Positions 1-11,858 of a stretch of DNA of 64,000 nt are shown piece after piece; positions within the stretch are counted from its first letter, which is position 1, and every line of letters begins with the position of its first letter. Where the stretch lies: assembly GCA_951406725.2 (NCBI GenBank), contig OX597842.1, positions 28,210,001-28,274,000 of the forward strand, given 5' to 3'. The notes under the pieces were generated by a model, which saw only the letters and a program-made list of their open reading frames with translations, made no database searches and was not told where the DNA came from. A program made the position numbers and the translations under genes. This DNA comes from Octopus vulgaris (Eukaryota).

Positions 1-612
1 ATCTTGCCAACAACAACTTTGGCAACATTTTTGAATTCAAAATCTCAGCCAGCAGCAGACATTCTTATAAAATTAAAATAAAAAACAGTGCAGCACCCAT
101 GACTTTACGAAATACTTTATCTCACTCAGAATTATTTAAGCACACAACAAACCACCTGAGTCAGCTGTTAGCTGTCAGCATACGGCATCCTCCAAAATAG
201 TCTTTTCTTACCGAGGATATATAGCCAGTACAAGGTGTTGATGTGGCTGCGTGTATGTTATTTACAAGAGTTCATAAAGAGATGAAGAATAAATTCAAGA
301 CCTATATATTTACTACGGAAAAATATATTTTATTTACTGGTCGATGACGATACACAGAATTAATATGTAGCATCTAGTTGAATGAAATAATCTATACAAG
401 AAAGTTCAGAGATAGGAAATATAGAAATAATAGCCAAGTGGTGGCTTTCAGCCATGTGTCGTAGAGAAACAGACGGACATAGCAATGACGTGAATGGCTC
501 TAAGTCTAATCGACTAAGAAGCAAAGAGCAGGGTTAGCAAGCTTACATACACACATACATGCTTACATACATAACTACGTACGTATATATCCATATATAT
601 CCATATATATAG

Positions 613-661
<49 letters not shown>

Positions 662-1427
662 CAAATACATATACCCGAAAACAACCACCCACACATATAT
701 GTATATATATATATACATACACATACATACTGTTAACTAAAATAGTATTAAGAATCATTAAAATTAAGATAATATTAATTGTTAATACAACGAAAGGGGT
801 TGGAAGGGTAATTCGTAATATACAAAAAAGAGGGGCCTAAAAGGGTAGAAAAAGGTAAGGGTTAATAAAAGGCAAAGGTTGGGAAATATTGAGATAAAAT
901 TTATAAGAAGGGTATAAACTCAAAACCCAGATTTACCATAACCAGTGTAAAGAAGATGTAGGTTATTTGCATAAGATACATAATTAGAAATTACACCACA
1001 TATTCCGTAAACAATCAGAAGACTAGGAAACCGTCCAGATATCAACACTTGTAAATTTTATCTGAATATTTTCCAACAGTAATCAGACACAAGAACAGGA
1101 GTAAAGAGGAGGACAATTTATTAAATGAACCTCTGGATATTACTGGTACAGATTTTGAGCCCAGGAGTTGAACTTGAAACACAAACGGATCAAAGTAAGG
1201 GGATGATTCTGCATTTAGCCCAAGGCCAGAGGAAAGAGGAAAATTACAAGAGAAGGGGGGTGAGGTTTTTACATGGAATGAAAGGAAGAAGGGAGAGGAT
1301 TTGAACCTGTAACGTTGAGGTAACGAAGGATGAGATGAAGTAAAGAATCCAGTCAGGTAACAACAACAACAACAACAATAATTATGATGATTAATTAATG
1401 AAGTTAGATTACAGTGTCATTAGAGTG

Positions 1428-1460
<33 letters not shown>

Positions 1461-1564
1461 GAAGCATGACGACCCATGGTGGGATTATGACATGAATGAC
1501 TCGAAACAAGAAAACAAAGATTAAAGAAACAGATTTGGATAATCCAAATCCATTGGGGACTTAC

Positions 1565-1923
1565 TTTTGAACTGCCAGATGGAGAGGGGTGTCACCCTCG
1601 AGGTTCACCTTATTGACATCCATGCCTTTCTGTTTCAGGAGAAAATCAACAACTTCCGTGCGTCCATGAGTAGAGGCAAGATGTAGAGGGGTGTCACCTT
1701 GCTTGGTCTCAGCTTTAACATCCGTGTCTTTATGTTGCAGGAGAAGTTCAACAACGTCCTTGCTTCCAAAGCGACAGGCAAGATGGAGAGCTGTCCAATC
1801 ATGTTCCGACACAGCATTAACATCCGTGTCTTTATGTTTCAGGAGAAGTTCAACAACGTCCTTGCTTCCATACCAACAGGCAAGATGAAGAGCTGTTGCA
1901 CTAAAATTATTTCGCTGATTAAC
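1565..1923 (-). CDS. Gene A exon (equivalent to gene B exon 4): three 34-aa ankyrin repeats plus a half repeat
   Basis: AG acceptor and GTAAG donor. 359 nt, phase 0 to 2, open frame VNQRNNFSATALHLACWYGSKDVVELLLKHKDTDVNAVSEHDWTALHLACRFG...GDTPLHLAVQK. Same length as paralog exon 29039-29397. Confidence 0.9.
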
Positions 1924-2375
1924 CTAAATAAGATAAACAATAAAGACATTAAAGATGGTGTTTATTGGGAGAAGAAGGAAAAAAATGAAAAATGTCAGAA
2001 AAACAGAATCAGATTAATTTAAACAGGTGGAATGAAGGTGGGGGAAAATAAATGAGATTTATAATGTATCTATACACACACACATATGTGTATGCATATA
2101 TATATATATATACACTCTCGCACATACATATATACATAAATACCTATATATACATACGTGTTTTATATCTTCACGGATCATTTGTTTATGCATTTTTGTG
2201 TATATATGCGTTTATGTGTGTGTATATTTGTGTATGTATGTACAGGTCTGTGTGAGCTGAAGAAAAGTTTTTAATTAAAAACATATAAATATAAACTGTT
2301 TCATATACATATAACACAAACCAACATACATATCTTTATACACACACACACATATATATATATATATTCGCTGAC

Positions 2376-2532
2376 CTGTAAATTGTTATTTTCTTTGCTA
2401 TTTAACAGGACTTTGACTACATCTTCATAGTTCTTCAACACAGCCAGATGTAGAGGTGTGTTGCCCCCTGAGTCCTGCTTATTAACATTTGCTCCACTGG
2501 AGACTAAGGAGGCCACAACATCAGTTTTGTGC
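2376..2532 (-). CDS. Gene A exon (equivalent to gene B exon 3), ankyrin repeat
   Basis: cctttcag acceptor and gtcagc donor. 157 nt, HKTDVVASLVSSGANVNKQDSGGNTPLHLAVLKNYEDVVKVLLNSKENNNLQ. Phase-compatible with its neighbours. Confidence 0.9.
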
Positions 2533-2639
2533 CTGAAAGGAAGAAAAACAAATATAAAACATCACATTCACTTAATAATTACATCAAATATACACTCGTG
2601 TTCCGTTAAATGCATAAAAACCTATGTATACTACAGCCT

Positions 2640-2672
<33 letters not shown>

Positions 2673-2688
2673 GTGCAAATATGTATTA

Positions 2689-3422
2689 TGTAAAGGCAAA
2701 CCTACACAAGTGTGCCCCAGGCGAATGTTTCCTTGTAACTTCTAGAAAAATGGATGTTTTTCAATGAAATTTCTTTCACAAATATCCTTCAGATGGCAAA
2801 TATTCCAATTATATCGGAATTTGTTGTGAGAAAAACCTTTTCGGTGGGTGGAGAGAGAAATTTAGGAAAGTTCACCCGAGTCGGCTTTCTTTCCAAAAAA
2901 ATAGATATTTTCAAATGAAATTTTCAATAAAACCGTTTCAGATGGTGAAGATTTCGATTATATCGGAATTTAATATGAAGAAAATTATAAAAATTGGTGG
3001 ATTCGCACAGATATACACTGACACAAAACAGAAAATAAAAAGATGAACTTTGGGAAAATAACCGTGATGTGTGTCAGTATGTATGTGTGCGAAACCATCA
3101 AATTTTTAAAGTTTTTTCATGTTAAATTCCGATATAATCCTAATCTACACCATTTGAAAGGGATTTGTAGAAATTTTCACAGAAACAAAATATCCACTTT
3201 TCTGAAAGTTATAGAAAAACAAAACGGATTTGGGTGAATTTTGAGAAAGTCAACTCCTCAACGTTTGAAAATTTGTTTTTACAACAATTTCCGATATAAT
3301 TGGAATCTTCATCATCTGAAGCATTTTTGTCAAAGAAATTTCATTAAAAAATATCAATTTGTCTCAAAGTTATAAGGAAACAAATTCGTCGTGGGGCCCA
3401 GTTGTGTAGGTATGCCTTTACA
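2689..3422. mobile_element. Fold-back MITE with TA flanks (Tc1/mariner-like, non-autonomous)
   Basis: Imperfect TIRs tgtaaaggcaaacctacacaa...ttgtgtaggtatgcctttaca flanked by TA. Internal inverted attatatcggaat/attccgatataat motifs. Other copies at about 63364-64000 and a deleted piece at about 28075-28255. Confidence 0.7.
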
Positions 3423-3899
3423 TATGGACGCATATATATATTTATATATATAAGCCTGTCTCGCGTTTTCGGCATTTCCTGTTTCATTAAGGTTTTTTTC
3501 TATTTCGAACCTCGTCCTGCCATAGAGATTTCTCCCTCGTGGGGTCTCCCTTCTCTCTCTCTCTTTCCCCCTCTTCTATCTAACACGCCAATCGTCCCCG
3601 TCCCCCAGAAAAACCCCTAATCTCTATATAAACCAGTGTTTGCTCGGTTCCTGCCTCTACTCGATTCCTTATTGCTTTGCTTCGGATGATAAACTTGGAT
3701 TTCAGAAATGTGCAGCTAAGATAACCTTGTTTCATTACCGTTTAGGCGCTGATCTCGAACCCCGATATCTTCTCCCCTCTCTATTAACTATCTCCCTCCT
3801 CTCTATTTTAAGAATTTTAACCAATGAAATCCCAACATCTTCGGATTTTAACCAATGAAATCCCAGCATTGCTGCGTTATCGATATTGATAAAGAAATA

Positions 3900-5815
3900 T
3901 AGCAGACGCACGACACACACACACACACTCTCTCTCTCAAACACATGCATATACATTTGCACATGCACATAGTAATTAATATATAAGCGTACACACACAT
4001 ACAAACAACACACACACACACACACACTCTCTCTCTCTCTCTCAAACACATGCATATACATTTGCACATGCACATAGTAATTAATATATAAGCGTACACA
4101 CACATACAAACGACACACACACACACACTCTCTCTCTCTCTCTCTCTCAAACACATGCATATACATTTGCACAAGCACATAGTAATTAATATATAAGCGT
4201 ACACACACATACAAACGACACACACACACACACACTCTCTCACTCTCTCTCAAACACATGCATATACATTTGCACAAACACATAGTAATTAATATATAAG
4301 CGTACACACACATACAAACGACACACACACACACACTCTCTCTCTCTCTCTCTCAAACACATGCATATACATTTGCACAAGCACATAGTAATTAATATAT
4401 AAGCGTACACACACACACACACTCTCTCTCTCTCTCTCTCAAACACATGCATATACATTTGCACAAGCACATAGTAATTAATATATAAGCGTACACACAC
4501 ATACAAACGACACACACACACTCTCTCTCTCAAACACATGCATATACATTTGCACAAGCACATAGTAATTAATATATAAGCGTACACACACATACAAACG
4601 ACACACACACTCTCTCTCTCTCAAACACATGCATATACATTTGCACAAACACATAGTAATTAATATATAAGCGTACACACACACACACACACACTCTCTC
4701 TCTCTCTCTCTCAAACACATGCATATACATTTGCACAAGCACATAGTAATTAATATATAAGCGTACACACACACACACTCTCTCTCTCTCTCTCAAACAC
4801 ATGCATATACATTTGCACAAACACATAGTAATTAATATATAAGCGTACACACACACACTCTCTCTCTCTCTCTCTCTCTCAAACACATGCATATACATTT
4901 GCACAAACACATAGTAATTAATATATAAGCGTACACACACACACACACACACTCTCTCTCTCTCTCTCAAACACATGCATATACATTTGCACAGGCACAT
5001 AGTAATTAATATATAAGCGTACACACACATACAAACGACACACACACACACTCTCTCTCTCAAACACATGCATATACATTTGCACAAACACATAGTAATT
5101 AATATATAAGCGTACACACACACACTCTCTCTCTCTCTCTCAAACACATGCATATACATTTGCACAAGCACATAGTACTTAATATATAAGCGTACACACA
5201 CATACAAACGACACACACACACACTCTCTCTCTCAAACACATGCATATACATTTGCACAAGCACATAGTAATTAATATATAAGCGTACACACACATACAA
5301 ACGACACACACACACACACTATCTCTCTCTCTCTCTCAAACACATGCATATACATTTGCACAAGCACATAGTAATTAATATATAAGCGTACACACACATA
5401 CAAACGACACACACACACACTCTCTCTCTCTCTGAAACACATGCATATACATTTGCACAAGCACATAGTAATTAATATATAAGCGTACACACACATACAA
5501 ACGACACACACACACACTCTCTCTCTCTCTCTCTCAAACACATGCATATATATTTGCACAAGCACATAGTAATTAATATATAAGCGTACACACACATACA
5601 AACAACACACACACACTCTCTCTCTCTCTCTCTCTCTCTCAAACACATGCATATACATTTGCACATGCACATAGTAATTAATATATAAGCGTACACACAC
5701 ATACAAACAACACACACACACTCTCTCTCTCTCTCTCTCAAACACATGCATATACATTTGCACAAGCACATAGTAATTAATATATAAGCGTACACACACA
5801 TACAAACGGACATAT
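3900..5815. repeat. Satellite, about 20 units of ~90-105 bp (fixed core plus variable (CA)n(CT)n)
   Basis: Core aaacacatgcatatacatttgcacaagcacatagtaattaatatataagcgtacac is repeated tandemly. Confidence 0.95.
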
Positions 5816-6468
5816 ACATACACACACATACGCACACAAGCATACATTACACGTTCGTGTCTTGCCCCTTGCCGCAACAAATTTGCACAAAAGGTAAATA
5901 AACCAGAAGGGGGGGGGTCAATGTTTCATCGTTTCGGGGTCGATAAATTAAGTACCAATTACGCACTGGTGTCGAGGATTTTTCCCCAATTTATATCACA
6001 GCTTCCGACAAGCTGGGGGCATCATTTTATGAAAAGATTTTTCGCAAATTTTTACAATACGACTCACACTCCACGCGCAAACTCGAGACCGATTTAGGCA
6101 TATTATTGTTTTGTTTTTGTTGTTTCTGGCCATTCAAAACCATGGGAGAAGCCTTTTTGGTAAAAAAAAATAAAGAAAATATTCAAAAAATATCGTTAAT
6201 ATTTTTATTGGGCGACGAAATTAATCGATTTAAGAGATATAGCTGTTATTTCTAGCACATGTAGAAGACAGAAGAAGAGGTCAATAATTTAAGCTCGAAT
6301 GCTGCGATTTCATTGGTTAAAATTCTTAAAATTAAACTACGTTTAAGTTACGAATTACAATTTTGTTTACAATAATGTTTTCTTTTGACACATTCTACCA
6401 GTATACGAAGTTTCAAATTGTTTAGTTAACTAGGAAAATCTGGCCCTCAAAATGAAAAGATCCTATAT

Positions 6469-6572
<104 letters not shown>

Positions 6573-6910
6573 GAGCAACTGAAATATGTATATTCATGAA
6601 TGTAATCGTAATATACAGCAAACAAATGTGTGTGTATATACATATATTAATAGGTGAAGGTATAACGTATACATATTTTCGACCCAGCAAGACCATCTTG
6701 AGTTTTAGTTCATACATCCCACAATGTATAGCTTCTTCTCATGTCTACCAAATACTGCATTTAGCAGAATATACACACATATTAGAGAGATCGTCACAGA
6801 TTATATAACTATATAATGAAGGAAAATCGTTTTGTGAAAGAGAGAATGTCTGACAATTATAGACAAACTGATCGAAGGCAGATTTCTCATCAATCCCAAA
6901 AAACAACAAC

Positions 6911-7420
6911 GGATCTTTTCCTTTTGAACGGCACATGTCAACACAATTTCTAGTTAACTAAACACTTTTAAACTTCGTATACTGGTAGAATGTGTTTATA
7001 AAACATCATTTTTTCTTGGCTTTATTGAGAAAATTCAATATGTTGTAAGATATTTCCACTTTAAATTGAAGCATTTCGGCAATTTTAACCAATCGCTGGA
7101 GTCTATTTGGAGTGAAAACATTCCGTGCTGTATGAATATGTCCCTCATTTAAGAAACAGATTGGGTTTATTTACATTTGTGAAGTAAAAAAGATACCCTT
7201 TCCCCACCCCTAACCCTGACTCATCTTAACCCTAACCCTAAATCTAAAATAGATTGAAATGCAATAGATCGATACTAGGGTTATAATTATGGGTGACGAT
7301 TTCATACGACACCGCTACGGAAAAAGGGATTTTTTTCGAGCAGTGTCAAATGAAAATGTCACCCACAATTATAACCCTAGTATCGATCTATTGCATTTCA
7401 ATCTATTTACAGATTATTTA
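6911..7420. mobile_element. Partial copy of the GGATCTTT-ended long-TIR MITE family
   Basis: Starts ggatcttttcc...aaacacttttaaacttcgtatactggtagaatgtg, like the copies at 41619 and 52501. Contains ccctaa-like repeats at about 7207-7245. Confidence 0.55.
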
Positions 7421-7807
7421 CTGCCATAACAAGCTATAGGATCTTTCTTCTTGTTTTAGATCTCAAATAACATTTTCTTTGGAGAAAAATTGATCGATTT
7501 CTACAAAATCAATATCAAGAGAGGACACTGAATCACACAGCGTCAATCTTAAGAACTGTTGGATCTCAAAGAATATCTCCAAAACAAAAAGAATCTGTTA
7601 TGGCAAGAAATGATGAAAAAGATTTTTGTGATTCAATGAAGATGATTCATGGAGAAAATGAGAAAAAGATGTTATTTGGTTACTACTATCATGTTATCTT
7701 GTCACACTGCCACTATTATGGTATCTTTGGATATTCAATTTGTCTGGAAATGCAAGAAATTTTGAAACAAAAGCAGATCTGAAGATTTTAGTTAATTCAA
7801 GCCTTAC

Positions 7808-7962
7808 TTCTCCACTGCATAATGCAATGCTGTCCACTTCTTGTCTTCGTCGCTGATGTTGAGATCAGCGCCAGATTCTGTCAATAAGGTTATTAACTCT
7901 TTATTGCCTCGTACACAGGCAGCCATGAGTAATGTAAGGCCACCTGAAGTTTCTTGGTTGAC
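7808..7962 (-). CDS. Gene A exon (equivalent to gene B exon 2), ankyrin repeats
   Basis: ctcttcag acceptor and gtaagg donor. 155 nt, VNQETSGGLTLLMAACVRGNKELITLLTESGADLNISDEDKKWTALHYAVE. Confidence 0.88.
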
Positions 7963-8339
7963 CTGAAGAGAAGAAAGAGAAGACATGTGAAATATATTAA
8001 AGAAGAGAGAGGAGAGAAGAGAGAGAAAAGGGAGAGAGAGAGAGAGAGGAGAGAAGAGAGAGAAAAGGGGGAGAGAGAGAGAGAGAGGAGAGAAGAGAGA
8101 GAAAAGGGAGAGAGAGAGAGTAAAGAAGATGCAGGAGTGAAAAAAGGAATACGAAAGAGAAATAAAGATAAACACACACACACAAATGCATGCACACACA
8201 AACACATACTCACACATGCACACACACACACGCACGCCCACACACACACACACATCATGTTGCAGGGGTTTTCTCAACCAGATTTTGCCCTTATTTAGAG
8301 TTACACTCCTCCTAGACGAGTCAGGAGACCTTGTAGACA

Positions 8340-8490
8340 CAGGCGTGGCTGTGTGGTAAGGAGTTTGATTTCCAACCACATGGTTCTTGGTTCAATCTCA
8401 CTGTGTGGCACTTGAGTGTCTTCTTTTATAGCCCTGGGATGATCAAGGCTTTGTGAGTGAGCCTGATAGAAAATTAAAGAGACCCATCAT
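8340..8490 (+). mobile_element. tRNA-derived SINE, degenerate
   Basis: A-box-like ggcgtggctgtgtggtaag and B-box-like ggttcaatctc, followed by a SINE body and a microsatellite tail. Confidence 0.5.
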
Positions 8491-8509
8491 ACATATGTAT
8501 GTGTGTGTG

Positions 8510-8577
<68 letters not shown>

Positions 8578-8654
8578 AGCGTGCACACACACAAGTATGT
8601 GTGTGTCTAATTATATATTTGTAAATACGTATTTGTGTATATAAGTGTGTGTGT

Positions 8655-8693
<39 letters not shown>

Positions 8694-11030
8694 CCTCATT
8701 CTATATGAATCAAGTTGGAGCCTGGTGCAGCCATCTGGTTCGCCAATCCTTAATGACATCGTCTATACTGATATGTATGCATGTATGTATGTATAGGTTA
8801 CATCTCCAATCTGGTATGCTCATTTTGTCCAGAATACCGAACTACTGGAAGCTGTCCACAGATGTACAACCACACAAATAGCCTCTCTCAATCACTTATT
8901 ATTCCTTAAAAGTATTGCTTTTCCATGCATCAACACACAAAAGTTTTTATTTCTAGCAACTCACTTGATAGAATCCCACAAGATTATCCCTCATCTTTCA
9001 ATAACAACTTTGACCACTTCTGGAATTTAATATCTTTATCACTCTGAGACATGCTTATAAAGTAAAAAAAAACACCCATCCCAGTTTCCATGATATCAGA
9101 AACAATATTTTTATGCTCAGAATTGTCAAGGCATGGAATAAACTATCTACATTGGTTGTTAGCTGTATCCTTCAAAAACACCACACTTTCTGTAATTCAG
9201 AAACACTACATCTGAGGTTCCTATGCACCCTTTCCTTTTTGTGGTTCTTTTACTGCTCCCTTTTATGTCTTTATGAGTTTTATTCTGTGTTATACTATGA
9301 CATGCACTTTAGGCGACCATTGGTGTCTTTCTTGACATGATTTGTGCTTCCTGTCCTTTCATAGAAGTGGACAGAGCAATATCGAGGGAAACCAGTACAA
9401 ATACCGTTTCATGGTAGATGGAAGAGTCTTTCTTATGAAACATGAAATGTCTGTCTTTAGTTACAACCTCACTTTTGTCTGAGTGAAGGCCAAAAAAAAA
9501 ATCAGTTGAGACAATCTTTCAGTTTATTACTGGTATCTGTGATATCAATTATGAATTGAAGAGAACACTGACAAGATTTCAAACTTGGTATCTGACAGGA
9601 GACACACGGGTAAATAAGAGAAACCATCTACACTAACCAACCGCAGAGATTAGACCATAAGATAGTGTATAAAGTAATTGGACAGGTGAAGAGCTATAAA
9701 GGGTGCAAACCCTCAGAAATAATTGTGTAGATTCTAAATATGTCAGACAGGGTTTTAGTTTTATATTCCCTGGAAAAGCTCATGAAATTCTACACTGTGT
9801 TATCACTGATGCCTGGCATAGTAGCACTTTCATTTAATGCTATAATGATGAAGGAGATTTAAATGATGGTGAGAGAAGAACAGGATGTTTGAAATGAAGC
9901 ATGGATCTTCAGATATCATATGTCTGGTGAAACAGCCACATGAGATCAGCTTGAAAAAGAATGAAAGCAAATCTACAAGAAAGGTTTTAGAGAACTGTCC
10001 CTTATTCTATTGACTGTAGAGCACAGGTAAATCAGGGCGAAAAAAGCTTAGAAAGACTGTTCAGTTCATGCATAAGCTCAAGGAAAAGATTGAAAATCCT
10101 TTTACGTTAATCACTGAATCTATTACAAAGTATTTATTTGTGATTAGATATCTGCGACAACTTTGGAACGATACCAACCACAGCTAAATATGTGCAACTA
10201 TGGAAAAGGAGGAGACACAAATGAAAAGAAACAATGGAGAAAATAAAAAATATTCTGAAAGTAGGGATCAGAATTTTGAGCCTAAATGAGGCAGCAGCAG
10301 TGTCAGGGCTTACGTTAGTTTGTAGCCATACAATATGTAAGAAGGTGTGAGTGGTTCATACACAACTGTATTACACCTGTACAAAAAAACACTATCGACT
10401 TCTCCTTGAGGAAATCACCTACCCTCACTAAACTGGCAGACATTCACCTACCATTGAAATACATGTATGATGGTCATCAAGAAATTAAAGGATGTTTTTT
10501 CTGCATTTCACCATTTGTCAGCTGTCTTCCCTCCCAAATTAAAAGCCACATTTTCTGGTCTCTTACCTAGAGTATCTCTATAGATTTTACAGAATCATTC
10601 CACCCACCACTCCCTAACCATGATGGTTCTATACCAGTGCTTCTTAAACTTTTCAATTATGGCCCTTTTTTATTTACTAAGAGTTTTTCAATGCCCCTTT
10701 TCTTGCTATGATTCAATATCTCTGATTTTAATGTTCTCACGGGTCAGATTAATTTACCTTTGGGTCCTAGTCTTGACATGGCTGACTACTTACCACAGCA
10801 CCACCCCACAATAAGTGAACATTTGATGCATCACCACTTCCCTTTAGTTTCTGATCCAAACTCAACAACACATTTAGTTTTATATATTTATACGACCATA
10901 GCCACCTTGGCTCCCTGGTCCTTATAAAATTTTCCACAAACCCTACCCAAGGGTAGCACTACTCTCTTAGAGAAGCCCTGTTTTATAATTCTTGCTGATA
11001 GTGTCCTATCTGCTGACTACCAGCCAGTCA

Positions 11031-11130
11031 NNNNNNNNNNNNNNNNNNNNNNNNNNNNNNNNNNNNNNNNNNNNNNNNNNNNNNNNNNNNNNNNNNNNNN
11101 NNNNNNNNNNNNNNNNNNNNNNNNNNNNNN
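11031..11130. other. Assembly gap (100 N), probably hiding exon 1 of gene A
   Basis: Run of N. Sequence left of the gap matches the reverse complement of gene B intron 1 at about 22363, roughly 560 bp from gene B exon 1. Confidence 0.9.
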
Positions 11131-11179
11131 ATTCCTTGTAACACTAAAGATGAACTGAAAGCAAGGATTATGGCAGCAT

Positions 11180-11281
<102 letters not shown>

Positions 11282-11300
11282 TATATATATACACACACAT

Positions 11301-11331
<31 letters not shown>

Positions 11332-11334
11332 CAC

Positions 11335-11580
<246 letters not shown>

Positions 11581-11858
11581 TATATATATACACACACACA
11601 TATATATATCATCATCATCATCATCATCATCATCGTTTAACGTCCGCTTTCCGCGCTAGCACGGGTTGGACGGTTTGACCGGGTCTGGGAAGCCAGGGGC
11701 CGCTCCAGGCTCCAGTCTGAATCTGGCAGAGTTTCTACGGCTGGATGCCCTTCCTAACGCCAACCACTCCGTGAGTGGATTGGGTGCTTTTTACGTGCCA
11801 CCTGCACAGGGGCCGGAGGGTCCGGCATCGTCACGATCGGTTCGAGCATTTTAACGTG

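Noticed and set aside
3735-5880. Long ORFs of [13 protein letters not shown] type, also at 11028-11640, 17521-18119 and 59022-62904
   Set aside because: They are translations of microsatellites and satellite DNA, open in several frames, with no protein-like composition.
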